This document shows, piece by piece, positions 1 through 10,337 of a stretch of 64,000 nt of DNA (positions are counted from its first letter, which is position 1; each line of letters begins with the position of its first letter). Made by a program: the position numbers and the translations under genes. The notes under the pieces are model-generated. The model saw only the letters and a list, made by a program, of their open reading frames with translations. It did no database searches and was not told the DNA's origin. Location: assembly GCF_009914755.1 (NCBI RefSeq), contig NC_060939.1. One strand, written 5' to 3'. The DNA comes from the human T2T-CHM13v2.0 reference genome, Homo sapiens.

Positions 1-17
1 CTCTGCAGACGCTCCTA

Positions 18-519
<502 letters not shown>

Positions 520-607
520 TCATCATAATAGCATTTGAAGGAATGCTCAAACGTCTGTATATCAGATTCCCGATTCTGAGACCCTGAGGATACTGAGTGT
601 CAACGAT

Positions 608-1048
608 GGGAAGACTGAGGGGGAAAGGGGAGGACTAAGAGACAAAGGGGGAGACTGAGGTGTGGGGAGATCGAGGAACAGCAGGGCAGACCGAGCAGGG
701 GGAGGAAGACCAAGGGGCGTCGGGGAGGACTGGGGGGCTGGGGGGAGACCAAGGAATGGCGGGGGAGACCGAGCCGGGGGAGGAAGACTGAGGGGCGTGG
801 CGGGGGTACTGGAGGGCCGGAGGGAAACTGAGGGATATTGGGGGGAGACCGAGGGGTATGGGGGCAGACCGAGGGGTATGGGGGGAGACCGAGGGGTATG
901 GGGGGAGACTGAGAGGCATGGGGGGAGACTGAGGAGTATGGGAGGAGACGGAGGGGCAGAGGGGAGACTGAGGAGCAGTGGGGAGGAGACAAAGAGACAG
1001 AGAGGGGAGACTGAGGAGCATGGGGGGAGACTGAGGGAAATATGGGGA
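608..1048 (+). repeat. G-rich minisatellite, ~20-bp unit (GGGGGAGACCGAGGGGTATG), ~22 degenerate copies
   Basis: Regular 20-bp periodicity over 841-960, decaying on both sides. Confidence 0.9.
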
Positions 1049-1469
1049 GGAAGAGTCGGAGTTAATGAAATTGCCCTACTTTTCATAAATAGTTCAGGGA
1101 AATAAGTCATGTGGTGAGGGGCCTGGGCTGGTCTCCGGGACGCAGCAGAAATGCAGGCACAAAACCTGCCGGAGCTGAGCAAGGACAAAATCAAGGGGGA
1201 GCTGTGTCCACTGGAGGGAGAACGCCAAGAGCTGCAGCACACTGAGCACACGCCGCGAGCCAGCACCCACCTGCCTCATCCATTTACCCTCCCAGTGGGC
1301 CTGGGACATGGGGCGGTTGCTAGCCTCATCTCACAGATGGGGAACTGAGGCTCAGAGAAGCAAACTTCTAAACCCATGGTGGCCCAGCAGTGAGCTGGGA
1401 GCTGAAGCCGGTGTCCCTGTCCAGAGATGAAGCCCCTGCTGGCGGGGCTGTGCCTGCCCCACTTCTCAC

Positions 1470-1611
1470 CTCTGCCACAGGTGACTGTACACTTGGTCCA
1501 GGGCCCACAGTGCCAGGAGAACTCGGGCGGCGGGACCTCGCCGTGGCCACCTGCCTCCCTGTGGATGGTGTACTCGTAGTGCACCCCAGGGTTGCTCTCC
1601 TGGAACAGCAG
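1470..1611 (-). pseudogene. ADAMTS7P exon ~16 (142 bp)
   Basis: cccacccag|CTGCTGTTC...GGCAGAG|gtgaga; LLFQESNPGVHYEYTIHREAGGHGEVPPPEFSWHCGPWTKCTVTCGR. Confidence 0.95.
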
Positions 1612-1892
1612 CTGGGTGGGCAGGCGGGGGCCCGTGAGCACGAGGTGTCTTCTCCATCCACCCAGTCTTAAAGGAGCTGACCCCAGCCACCTCTGTGAAC
1701 TGCAGCTACACAGTTGGGCCATCTTAAAGATGGGGAAACCGAGGTAGAGGCCTCAGCAGGAGGGTCTGGCTCAGAGCCAGGCTCTGTGACTAACCCAGGG
1801 CTCACTCCTCCAGGACGAGACCTACCATGGGAGGTGCTGGGCCTGGGGACTCCGCCTCTGCTCCCCACGCCTGGGCCTCGGGAGGCAGGCAC

Positions 1893-2137
1893 CTGGATCC
1901 AGACAGGCTCCTTGGTGGGACCCGGGGACGTGAGGTTCTCCCAGTTGCCCCTGCGTGCGTATGTGACGGTGGTCCCTGCCACCTGGTAGTCCCCGTTCTA
2001 CTGGATGGTCCAGCCACCATTGAGGAAGTACTTCTCCGGGTCCTCGCTCTGCAGTGCCAGGAAGTTGGCAGCCTCAGCCACCTCCTGGATGCGGACCTCA
2101 CGTGTGCTGGCTGGGATCAGCCCCACGTCCACATACC
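1893..2137 (-). pseudogene. ADAMTS7P exon ~15 (245 bp, spacer domain, internal stop)
   Basis: ctgacag|GGTATGTG...ATCCAG|gtgcct; [81 protein letters not shown]; TAG at 2000-1998. Confidence 0.95.
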
Positions 2138-2519
2138 CTGTCAGGCAAGGGTTGTGCCTGGGGTGAGAAGCTTGCTTATCCCCACCTGCTCCCCTCACAT
2201 CTCTCCCCACTTGCCTCCGCCTGCTGATGCCAAAGATTTCGCCATTAGCTTTAAAGTCTGAGCTCCCCAAATTGCTCGGATCTGTCATGGGTCACCAAAA
2301 CCTTGCGGAGGTGCCACAAATCCTGACCCCGTGGCCATGCCCCGTCACTCCTCTCTTGGGGACCTAAACTGGTCTCATCATAAGGCTGGATCCATCCCCT
2401 ACTCTAAGGGCCGGCTGGCATTCTCTTTCTAAAAAAAACCAAAGTGCCCAGGCCTTTCTCCTGGGACACCCTCCTCATCCCCACGCAGCCTGCTTTTATT
2501 CATTCACTTCCATCACACC

Positions 2520-3055
2520 CATCACGTGCCGGGCACTACTCTCAGCACTTCACATGTGTAAGCTCATGGGTGACGGCCCTATAGCATGGTACTATTGTTA
2601 ACCCCATTTTACAGATGAGCAAAGTGAGGCAGACAGGGAGAGTAACGTGCATGAGCATCCTGCTGCAATATAAGCAGCCTCCAGGGCCAGTGCTTTATCC
2701 ACCACACTGCACTGCATCTCTGGGATGAAATCTAAGCTTCTCAGCCTGGCACTCAAGGCCCCATAGCTGGCCCTGCCTTCCCTTCTTGCCTCCAGGGCTC
2801 TGGCGCAAGCTCTTTCCTCCATTTGGAATGCCCCTTCCATCTCTTCTGAGTTTTATGATTCAGCTCAACTTCCGCCTCCTGCAGGAAACCTTCCCTGACT
2901 TCCCCAGGCCAGGACCTTCTTCCTCAGTGCTCCCACAGCCCTCTGGGCCTCCCTCCACTGCACTGATCACACCAGAAGGTTCTGTCCCCCTTCAGGACTG
3001 AGCGCTTCACCTGCATGTCCTCATCACCTAGCACACAGTCAGTACTTCAGCAACA
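2520..3055. mobile_element. MIR (~2520-2710) and L2 (~2730-3055) fragments in ADAMTS7P intron
   Basis: ccccattttacagatgagcaaagtgaggc (MIR core); ttggaatgccccttcc, aggaaaccttccctgac, cctagcacacag (L2 3' motifs). Confidence 0.65.
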
Positions 3056-3391
3056 TGTGCAAAACAGACCAGAGGTGAGGGCATGGAGCTGGGGGTCTCA
3101 GAAGATTCAGGAGGAGACGACCATTCTTTGAAAGGCCCAGGGGCCACACACAAGTCGGGATGGCCCTGCCTGGGGTCTCTGGGACAGGAAGACTCCCCAT
3201 GGGGACAGGTCTCTGCGTGTGGGCCAGGGGTCCCCTGACTCCTGCAAGAATCCACCCCAGCAAGCCCTCCCTGCTTAGCCATCTCTAGGCTGGGTGGGGG
3301 CCACGAGGCCAAGGACAGGGGCCCGGGGGAGATGGGGAAGGGGCCACCAGGTGAAGAGCACACCCCTCCCCACAGTGGTCCCACCCCATAC

Positions 3392-3513
3392 CCAGGCCCT
3401 CGGCCTCCTCGAAGGTCCCACTCACGGTGTGGCAGGTGGAGCCGTTGCCGTGGCACACGCCACAGCGGTCCTCCATAGTGCCAGAGTCAATCTCAAAGTC
3501 ACAGCCCCACGTT
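3392..3513 (-). pseudogene. ADAMTS7P exon ~14 (122 bp, +1 G frameshift)
   Basis: ttgcag|AAC GTG GGG CTG TGA: the extra G gives a stop at 3501-3499. The shifted frame reads GCDFEIDSGTMEDRCGVCHGNGSTCHTVSGTFEEAEGL, then G|gtatgg. Confidence 0.93.
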
Positions 3514-4417
3514 CTGCAACACACGAGGAGGGGAGGCCCCTGGTGCTGGCGGCCAGCCCTCTGTGGCCCCAGCCCCGGGGGCCAGCCAGGGTCAGGAGAA
3601 GAAAGCTGGGAGTGGGGGTCGGGAGGCCTCTCTCTGGCCCTGCCCCACCCCAGCTGTGCCTCTGACCCAGGTGAACTTCTCTACCTCCCTGAGCCTCAGT
3701 TTCCTCAGATGTGAGACAGGGAGACCCACCCCTCCCTTAAAGGCATGTTATGAGCATCACAAGAGACAAGAGAAGGGAAGAGTTCTGCAAAGCCTGCGGG
3801 CAGGCAGGGGATCTGACACGCCACGGGCTCCTGAGCAGCGCGTGCAGGGAATTTCAACGTCAAAGGCACTGGGGGTTGGCACCTCCCTCCTGGTCCTCCT
3901 CGGAGCCCAGGCCTTGATACCCCAGTGGTTTAGAGGGCAAGAAGCAAGGACAAGTAGGTGGCTGGAGACATGGGCAAAGAGGAGAGGCCATCGTTGTTAT
4001 TAAAAATAAGAATATAAATTGTTACCAAACACTGAGGGCTACTCTTCGGGGCTCAGAGCCCTTCATGTCACCTGTGCCACCTCATTTAACCCCTCTATCA
4101 GGGAGCAAACCACTGCCTGGGGTCAGCCAGCCAGCAAGAGGTCAAGCCACTGCCTGGGCTCCGGTTTCCTGGCTGGGGCGGTGCTGGTGCAGGCATCCAA
4201 GGAGACGCAGTGGGGCGAGGCCTGACTTGGGGGGGGTCCCCAGTGCCAGGAGGCGTGGTAGGGGCTTTGCCTTAGAGGTCATAGAGGGTAGGGGCTGGGA
4301 AGCCCAATGGTAGAGCATGGGGAGGGTGGCCCGAGGAGGACCAGGAGAGAACCTGGGGCCCGCCAGTGGGGCTGGGGGCAGGCAGTGCTGGGAGAGCCTC
4401 TTCCTAACCAGGCACAC

Positions 4418-4551
4418 CTTACAGATGCCGTTGATGCAGAGGTCCCGGCTGGCTCGGACCTGGTAGCAGGGGGTGCCATCAACCACGGCGTCCCGCAGCT
4501 TCTCGGCAAAGTACTCATTCGCGGGCCGGCAGTGCAGCTCACAGGGGTTCA
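4418..4551 (-). pseudogene. ADAMTS7P exon ~13 (134 bp)
   Basis: cccccag|TGAACCCC...TGTAAG|gtgtgc; VNPCELHCRPANEYFAEKLRDAVVDGTPCYQVRASRDLCINGICK, open frame. Confidence 0.95.
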
Positions 4552-4877
4552 CTGGGGGCCCAAGTAGAAGAGTCATCAGCAACAGCTGGAGCGGGAGTAT
4601 GGAGGCCACCAGGAAGACCCCTCCGTGACACACATCCATGGCAGGCTGGAGGCTCCCAAGCAGCACAAACATGCTGGAGGCTCCGGCTGGGCTGGTAGCT
4701 ATCTGCAAGGCTGCAGACTGGGGAGCTAGGGGCGAGCAGCAGCCCCAGGGGACAGTGGGAGTGGCCCAGGCTTGGGGTGGAGACTGGGTCTCCTGCTTGC
4801 ATCACAGGGTAACCTTGGACCCACACCCCGCTCGCCGCCCTCTGAGTCTCAATGTTTCCATGGGAGGCAGCACTCAC

Positions 4878-5047
4878 CGTCATTGACCATGGGCACCCAT
4901 GTGTGCAGCTGGCCCTCGTAGAGCATAGCGTCAAAGTGGCTGCACTGGACGTGGCGGAAGGAGGGGCGGCCAGCGGGGCAGGCCTGCAGGTTGCAGAGGC
5001 GGAAGCGCTTCCGCTTACCCACACAGTATCTGCCTTTGTATCTGGGC
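4878..5047 (-). pseudogene. ADAMTS7P exon ~12 (170 bp)
   Basis: ccccacag|GCCCAGATAC...AATGACG|gtgagt; PRYKGRYCVGKRKRFRLCNLQACPAGRPSFRHVQCSHFDAMLYEGQLHTWVPMVND. Confidence 0.95.
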
Positions 5048-6435
5048 CTGTGGGGAGAACCGGGGTGGACCCCAGTGAGGGCCCAGTGAGTGCTACTGCA
5101 TGGCCACAGCCCAGAGCAAGCAGCTTCCTCCTGCACCCACACCCCAAGATCCCTGCTGCCCAGCTTTGTGCACGCTGCTTCCCTCCCTTGGGTTGCCCAC
5201 CCTGTGGCCCAGACACACCCTCCCTGTCTGTAGGGACCTGTGGGGAGGTGGCAGCAGGAAGCCTGAGCTCTGCCCCCAACCTGCTGTGTGATCGTGGACA
5301 AGTCTTCGGCCACCCTCTGGGCCTCAGTTTCCTCATGTATAAAGTGGGGTTGGGGCTGCCCCTGCAGAGGGCTGTTGAGAAGCTGGGACAAGCTGCAGGC
5401 ATGACTGGCACTGGCTGGAGGGACTAATCCGAGTCTCCAGCCCATGACACCAGCATCCTAACGAGCCCTTGAGTCCTCAGCCTTCCTCCTGGTGGCAGTA
5501 CCCCCAGCCTGGGTCTAAAGGAAGCGCCCAGGGCCCCAGCCAGCTGAAAGGTCTGACGGAGCACAGCTCCTGAAATCCTCCACATTTAGGCCAGGGTCGC
5601 TGGCCCCCACCCAGCTCAGACCTGGAGGCCAGGAGGCAGGGAGGGGCACAGGCCAGTCTTGGGTAAGCGCAGGGCCCTGGGTGGGGCCGGCTGTGAACCC
5701 CATGCCTGCCCCGGGTGGCCACCTGAAGTGAAGATCAGCCGGGTAGTGCCTCGGTCTACAGTACCACTGGCCTCTGCTTCTCACCAGATCTTCACACCCC
5801 CTGCGCCCCCCCCATTTAGATGGGGAAACAGAGATCCAGAGAGGTGAAGTCACTCACCTCAGGCCACCCCTTCAGTGCTGTCCCATCCTCCCAGCTGCTC
5901 CATCTCATCTCAGGCCCTTGTTGTGCCTCTGAGGCCACCAAGCCCCTCCTGCTGAGTGCCCACTACAGATGAGCTGCAGGGCTGAGGGGCTGGCCTGCAT
6001 AAACTGCATTTGCCCCTGACTACAACTTTACTGGATGGGCACTGCTATTATACAGGTGGGGAAACGGAGGCCCAGAGAAGGGGTGAAGAGGGGATTCGAA
6101 CCCTGAGCCATCTAAGGTCCAGGGCCCATGCTCTTCCCCACTGCCCTCTCCTGCCTCCTTCCAGCCAGCAGCTGCTTTGCCACGTGGCCTCTGCTGAGTC
6201 TCTCCAGTCTCTGGGCCTCAGTGTCCCCCTCTCTGCAAAGGGGTCAGCAGTGGGGACCCTGTCAGCCCTCAGAACACTCCTTGAAAGTGACTCAAGGTGG
6301 CCTGGACACTCAGACTGACCATTATGAGGACACTTCTAAGAGCCAGGGGCTGGGACAGAGCCAAGCTCCTGCAATCGGCTGACTGCCTGGGTCCCTCTGT
6401 CCCATTGCCCAGGGCACCCTGGGCCCCACACTCAC

Positions 6436-6484
6436 ATAGGCAGCATGCACTGCTGCTTGGCTCTCTGTATGCCACGCCACAGCT
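6436..6484 (-). pseudogene. ADAMTS7P exon ~11 remnant (3' 49 bp only)
   Basis: Minus strand AGC TGT GGC GTG GC ATA CAG AGA GCC AAG CAG CAG TGC ATG CTG CCT AT|gtgagt resembles SCGMGVQSAERQCTQPT with a 1-bp deletion. Donor at 6435-6434. Truncated by an Alu. Confidence 0.85.
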
Positions 6485-6571
6485 GGTCTTGAACTCCTGA
6501 CCTCAAGTGATCTGCCCTCTTCGGTCTCCCAAAGTGCTGGGATTACAGGTGTGAGCCACCACGTGTAGTCC
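6482..6571 (-). mobile_element. Alu left-arm fragment (first ~90 nt) at the duplicon junction
   Basis: gctggtcttgaactcctgacctcaagtgatctgccc...caaagtgctgggattacaggtgtgagccacc; breaks off into the ADAMTS7 exon. Confidence 0.9.
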
Positions 6572-6721
6572 AGTGAAGACCTTTTTAAGATTCGCAGTTC
6601 AGATTGTGGAAAATTTGAGCAATGAATTAGCAAGAGTTTACTCTTCACATGAATGTTGTCAGATTCATCTTTTAATAATTGATGTTTATATTTTCATTTA
6701 ATGTCATCCACTTTTCTACAG

Positions 6722-7668
6722 GGTATGGACAGTGGATTTGCAGGTGTAGAAGATGAAATTTATAATGTTTATGATCAAGCCTAGAGAGGTGGTAAAGATA
6801 TGGTCCAGAGTTTTTATAGGTCCAGTAAAAATCTGGACAAGGGCATGTATGGTGATGACCTAGAAACCAGAATAAAGACCAACAGGTATCAAGCTGTACA
6901 ACTCCTTTTCAGTGTTTACACCAGTGAAAACAAAATAGTTCATAGTCTTTTCTCTTGTTTCCTAGATTTGTTCCTGACAAGGAGTTTTCTGGTTCAGACC
7001 ATAGGCAGAGAGGCCGAGAGGCTGAGAAGGACCATTCAGTTTGAAGAAGATTCTTCTGATTTGGACAACTTTTTGGAAGAAGCCAGGCAGCATGGTGGCT
7101 CTCAAAGACCCTCAGCAGCCGCCCCAAAGAACATAAGCATGAAGGCAAGAAGAGGAGGAAGGAGTAGACACACGTCTCTTCAAAGCAAATGAACTGTGAT
7201 TATCCATAACCCTAATGATGCAAGTCCCATGGGGCAACACTTTGTGAATGGTCAGGATACAAACCAAATCTCGATGCTACATTTTATTATTGGAGAAGGC
7301 GGGGGTGGGGGGTGGGGGGTGGGGGCGGGGATAGAACGTTTTACTTTGAATTGTTTAGTTTTTTTAAAGAGTGGGTTGTATTTGTGCTTCTCCCACCTTT
7401 CAGCATTTGTAGAACATGCTGGCCCACATACACAGTCAAGACCACTTCTTTTTGTGTGACACTAGCAGTTCGGGTTAATATTTTGTGTAAGAACAGCTGC
7501 TTATGAGTCAAGTCACCCCAATGGCAGTGAGGAGGAGGATGTTCACATATTGGAACTGTCCTGCCAAATAAATGTGGCCCCTGTTGCGCTGTGTTTTAAT
7601 TTGGAGTGGGGAAAAGAAGCTCTTGCTTGGTGCAAATATTTGTTTCAAATAAAAACCTTTAGACAAAA
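6722..7668 (+). pseudogene. SNW1: SNW1 (SKIP) unprocessed pseudogene fragment: penultimate exon 6722-6885, 80-bp intron 6886-6965, last exon 6966-~7668
   Basis: ttttctacag|GMDSGFAGVEDEIYNVYDQA*RGGKDMVQSFYRSSKNLDKGMYGDDLETRIKTN R|gtatc...cctag|FVPDKEFSGSD...QFEED...FLEEARQHGGSQRP...HEGKKRRKE* (TAG 7165-7167). Nonsense at 6782-6784, frameshifts near 7010-7035, AATAAA at 7648-7653, no poly(A) tail. Confidence 0.93.
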
Positions 7669-7669
7669 T

Positions 7670-8539
7670 TCTTGGTTATGTTTCCTTTATGTAATAGGCT
7701 GGGACAGTCTCAAAAATCTTCTTCTTCTTCAGATGTTTGGAAAACTTTAGGCCTTTGAGCTTGAACCTGGAGCTGAAAAAAATAAGCACTGTAGGGAAGG
7801 AAAGGCAATCTCTGCAAAAACATTCGATCTGAAAATCTCCTTTTTATGAGGGAGTCAGTAGAAAGAACTCAGGCAGTTTTTATTTGTACCTTGTTGTTTT
7901 ATTTGTTTTCTCCTCAAATTCCCTTTACCATCTTTTTTGTTCTTATGACTCCCTCACCCTCCATTAAAAATTGTAAATTGGGCAAGTCACAGTGGCTCAG
8001 TCCTATAACCCCAGCACTGTGGGAGGCTGAGGCAAGAGGACAGCTTGAGGCTAGGAGTTCAAAACTAACCTGCAGCATAGAAAGGCCCAGGCTCAATGAA
8101 AACAAATAAAAAATAAAATAGTAAATCAATCTGGCCCAAGATCACATAATAAGCGGGAAAGTCAAGATTTCAGCCCCAGCTTACCTGACTTGAGAAGTGT
8201 GCTGCTATGTCCACTGTGTTCTGTATATCTTGCTAACCATTACGGGTCTTCTTGTACTTCTCCTTCAAAACTGGGAACTCTTCCACCCCACCATTCTAAC
8301 AAGCATGAAGGCAGCTTCAGTTACAAATCTCTCGAAGTCCCCATCATTCCACATTTATGATCTATTTAATTGACACATAATCAGATAGTAGCTACATGTA
8401 TATCATAGATATATCTGATATATAAACAGATTGACTTGACTCCATCTAGAATACGACTTTCCTGTTGTAGTGCATTCTGAAGTTCTTCTGAAGAAAACTG
8501 AATTCAACCCAAACCTCTGTGAAAGCCAGTCTCCTTGCT
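7670..8539 (-). pseudogene. SLIRP: SLIRP unprocessed pseudogene fragment: exon 3 (8435-8539) and last exon (7772 to stop at 7712-7710, plus short UTR)
   Basis: Minus strand tttctag|[34 protein letters not shown] (TGA at 8506-8504) and ttttttcag|LQVQAQRPKVFQTSEEEEDF*. Matches the recalled SLIRP RRM C-terminal half ([20 protein letters not shown]...HIIDGVK / [21 protein letters not shown]). Convergent with the SNW1 3' end, as at the parental locus. Confidence 0.9.
7980..8122 (+). mobile_element. FLAM-like Alu monomer in the SLIRP-copy intron
   Basis: Single degenerate left arm plus A-rich tail. Confidence 0.8.
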
Positions 8540-8644
8540 CTAGAAATTCAAAATCTGGGAAAAGATTAATTGAAAGTTTCCATGAGCTCCAAATCAAACT
8601 GCCAAGTTTTTCATCTGCCACAGTCGGGTTGATCGATCGATTGA

Positions 8645-8934
8645 TTTTTTGAGACAGCGTCTCGCTCTGTGGCCCAGGCTGGACTGCAGTGGTGTGAACA
8701 TGACTCACTGCAGCTTCAACTTCCTGGGTTCATGCGATCCTCCCACCTCAGCCTCTTCAGCAGCTGGGATCATAGGTGCGCACCACCATGCCTGGCTAAT
8801 GTTTTGTATTTTTTACAGAGACGGGGTCTTGCCATGTTGCCCGGGCTGGTTTCAAACTGCTGGGCTTGAGCAATCCTCCCACCTGGGCCTCCCAAAGTGC
8901 TGGAATTACAGGTATGAGCCACCGTGCCCAGCCT
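8645..8934 (-). mobile_element. AluJ
   Basis: Reverse-complement Alu dimer with J-type diagnostics. Confidence 0.9.
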
Positions 8935-9679
8935 CAAATCGGATTCCAGACATTTAGAAATGTCAGTAACCTTGCTTCATACCCTTCCTCGTTACCCAAG
9001 GCTAAATCCCTGTGTTCATGAACTTACTCTGTTTTCCTCACTGCCGTAGAAAAGATGTGGGTAATGAGCTTTCTGTGTCATTCTAGATGCAAACCATATT
9101 AACAGTAATAGCCAAGGGAGATTTTGATCAGTACTCTTGTTTCTAACCTCATTTGCAGAAACAAGAAAATTAGGCCTCAAAACCTAGGTGTACCTATGAT
9201 CATTTCTGAGCCCAGTCACCCTCATCACCAGCACTACCATCATCACGTGTTCCTAACGATAAACAAGAAACGACAACATTTAGCCTTTACTTAACCTCGT
9301 TACAGACTTCTGGTTAATTTAAACAATTTTGTTACTTTCCGTTTGTGCAAATGGAAGACTGCTTTTCAACCTGTACATCACACATGGAAAACAGATTCCA
9401 GAGTGCTTGGATGTACCCTGCCCCTCCAGCCCTCCAACAGAAAACAGATATTAAGATGTCTAGTCCCTGTACATGACAACCTGGTCCTCATTAGTCTTAT
9501 TAAAGCTACATTGTGCTTTGCCAAAAATCCCAAAATGTTAGAAATTGCTCCTGTACTTCAAGATAACTTTATAAGGATTTTCCTGTATTCTATATAGAAT
9601 ACAGGAAAAGTTTCTTGTGATGTCCCAATGATCCATGCATTGTAGATATGACAATTTCTAAAGCATTCTTTTACTGTCA

Positions 9680-10016
<337 letters not shown>

Positions 10017-10306
10017 TTAAAATTAGATAGTATGTATCTAAGAAAGGAGCCAGGATTTCCAACTTGAGTACAATGAATTTAACAAAAAATTAATTTTTTC
10101 CTTGTCATATTTTATTTTGTATTAACACAATCAAAGCCTTGTTTTGTTTAAATATAAGATCTAGTCTTTCCAGGTCGTATTTTCTTTATGGACCAGGAAA
10201 AAGCTGTTACTTTATTTACAAGGAAATTTTTCTTTTAATGCTCTTGAAAAAATTGAAGTTTTCAAACTTACAGAAAACTTTTCGTGGCCATAATACATGT
10301 GCTTCA

Positions 10307-10309
<3 letters not shown>

Positions 10310-10337
<28 letters not shown>

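Larger units (their letters stand above)
1470..6484 (-). pseudogene. ADAMTS7P: ADAMTS7 unprocessed (duplicated) pseudogene fragment covering the end of TSP1-1, Cys-rich, spacer and start of TSP1-2 (approx. exons 11[partial]-16)
   Basis: Spliced translation ...PRYKGRYCVGKRKRFRLCNLQACPAGRPSFRHVQCSHFD...VNPCELHCRPANEYFAEKLRDAVVDGTPCYQVRASRDLCINGICK...LLFQESNPGVHYEYTIHRE matches recalled ADAMTS7. All introns are GT-AG with compatible phases. Frameshift at ~3505, nonsense at 1998-2000, 5' part of the gene absent. Which ADAMTS7P paralog cannot be determined. Confidence 0.95.

Noticed and set aside
562-1266. 234-aa Pro/Ser-rich ORF, overlapping Gly-rich ORFs, and a CRISPR-like periodicity
   Set aside because: Products of the 20-bp minisatellite; no unique spacers; primate DNA.
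4142-5445. Long overlapping ORFs of 188-290 aa
   Set aside because: GC-rich intron read-through, alternative-frame or antisense shadows of the ADAMTS7P exons.
1470-6484. Functional ADAMTS7 gene
   Set aside because: Frameshift, nonsense codon and mid-exon truncation; no prodomain or metalloprotease exons upstream.
6800-7192. 130-aa ORF as a novel SNW1-like protein
   Set aside because: It starts after an in-frame stop, reads through the intron and changes frame relative to SNW1; no promoter evidence.
6722-7668. Processed (retro) SNW1 pseudogene
   Set aside because: Retains intronic sequence, lacks poly(A) and TSD, and continues into neighbouring SLIRP exons.
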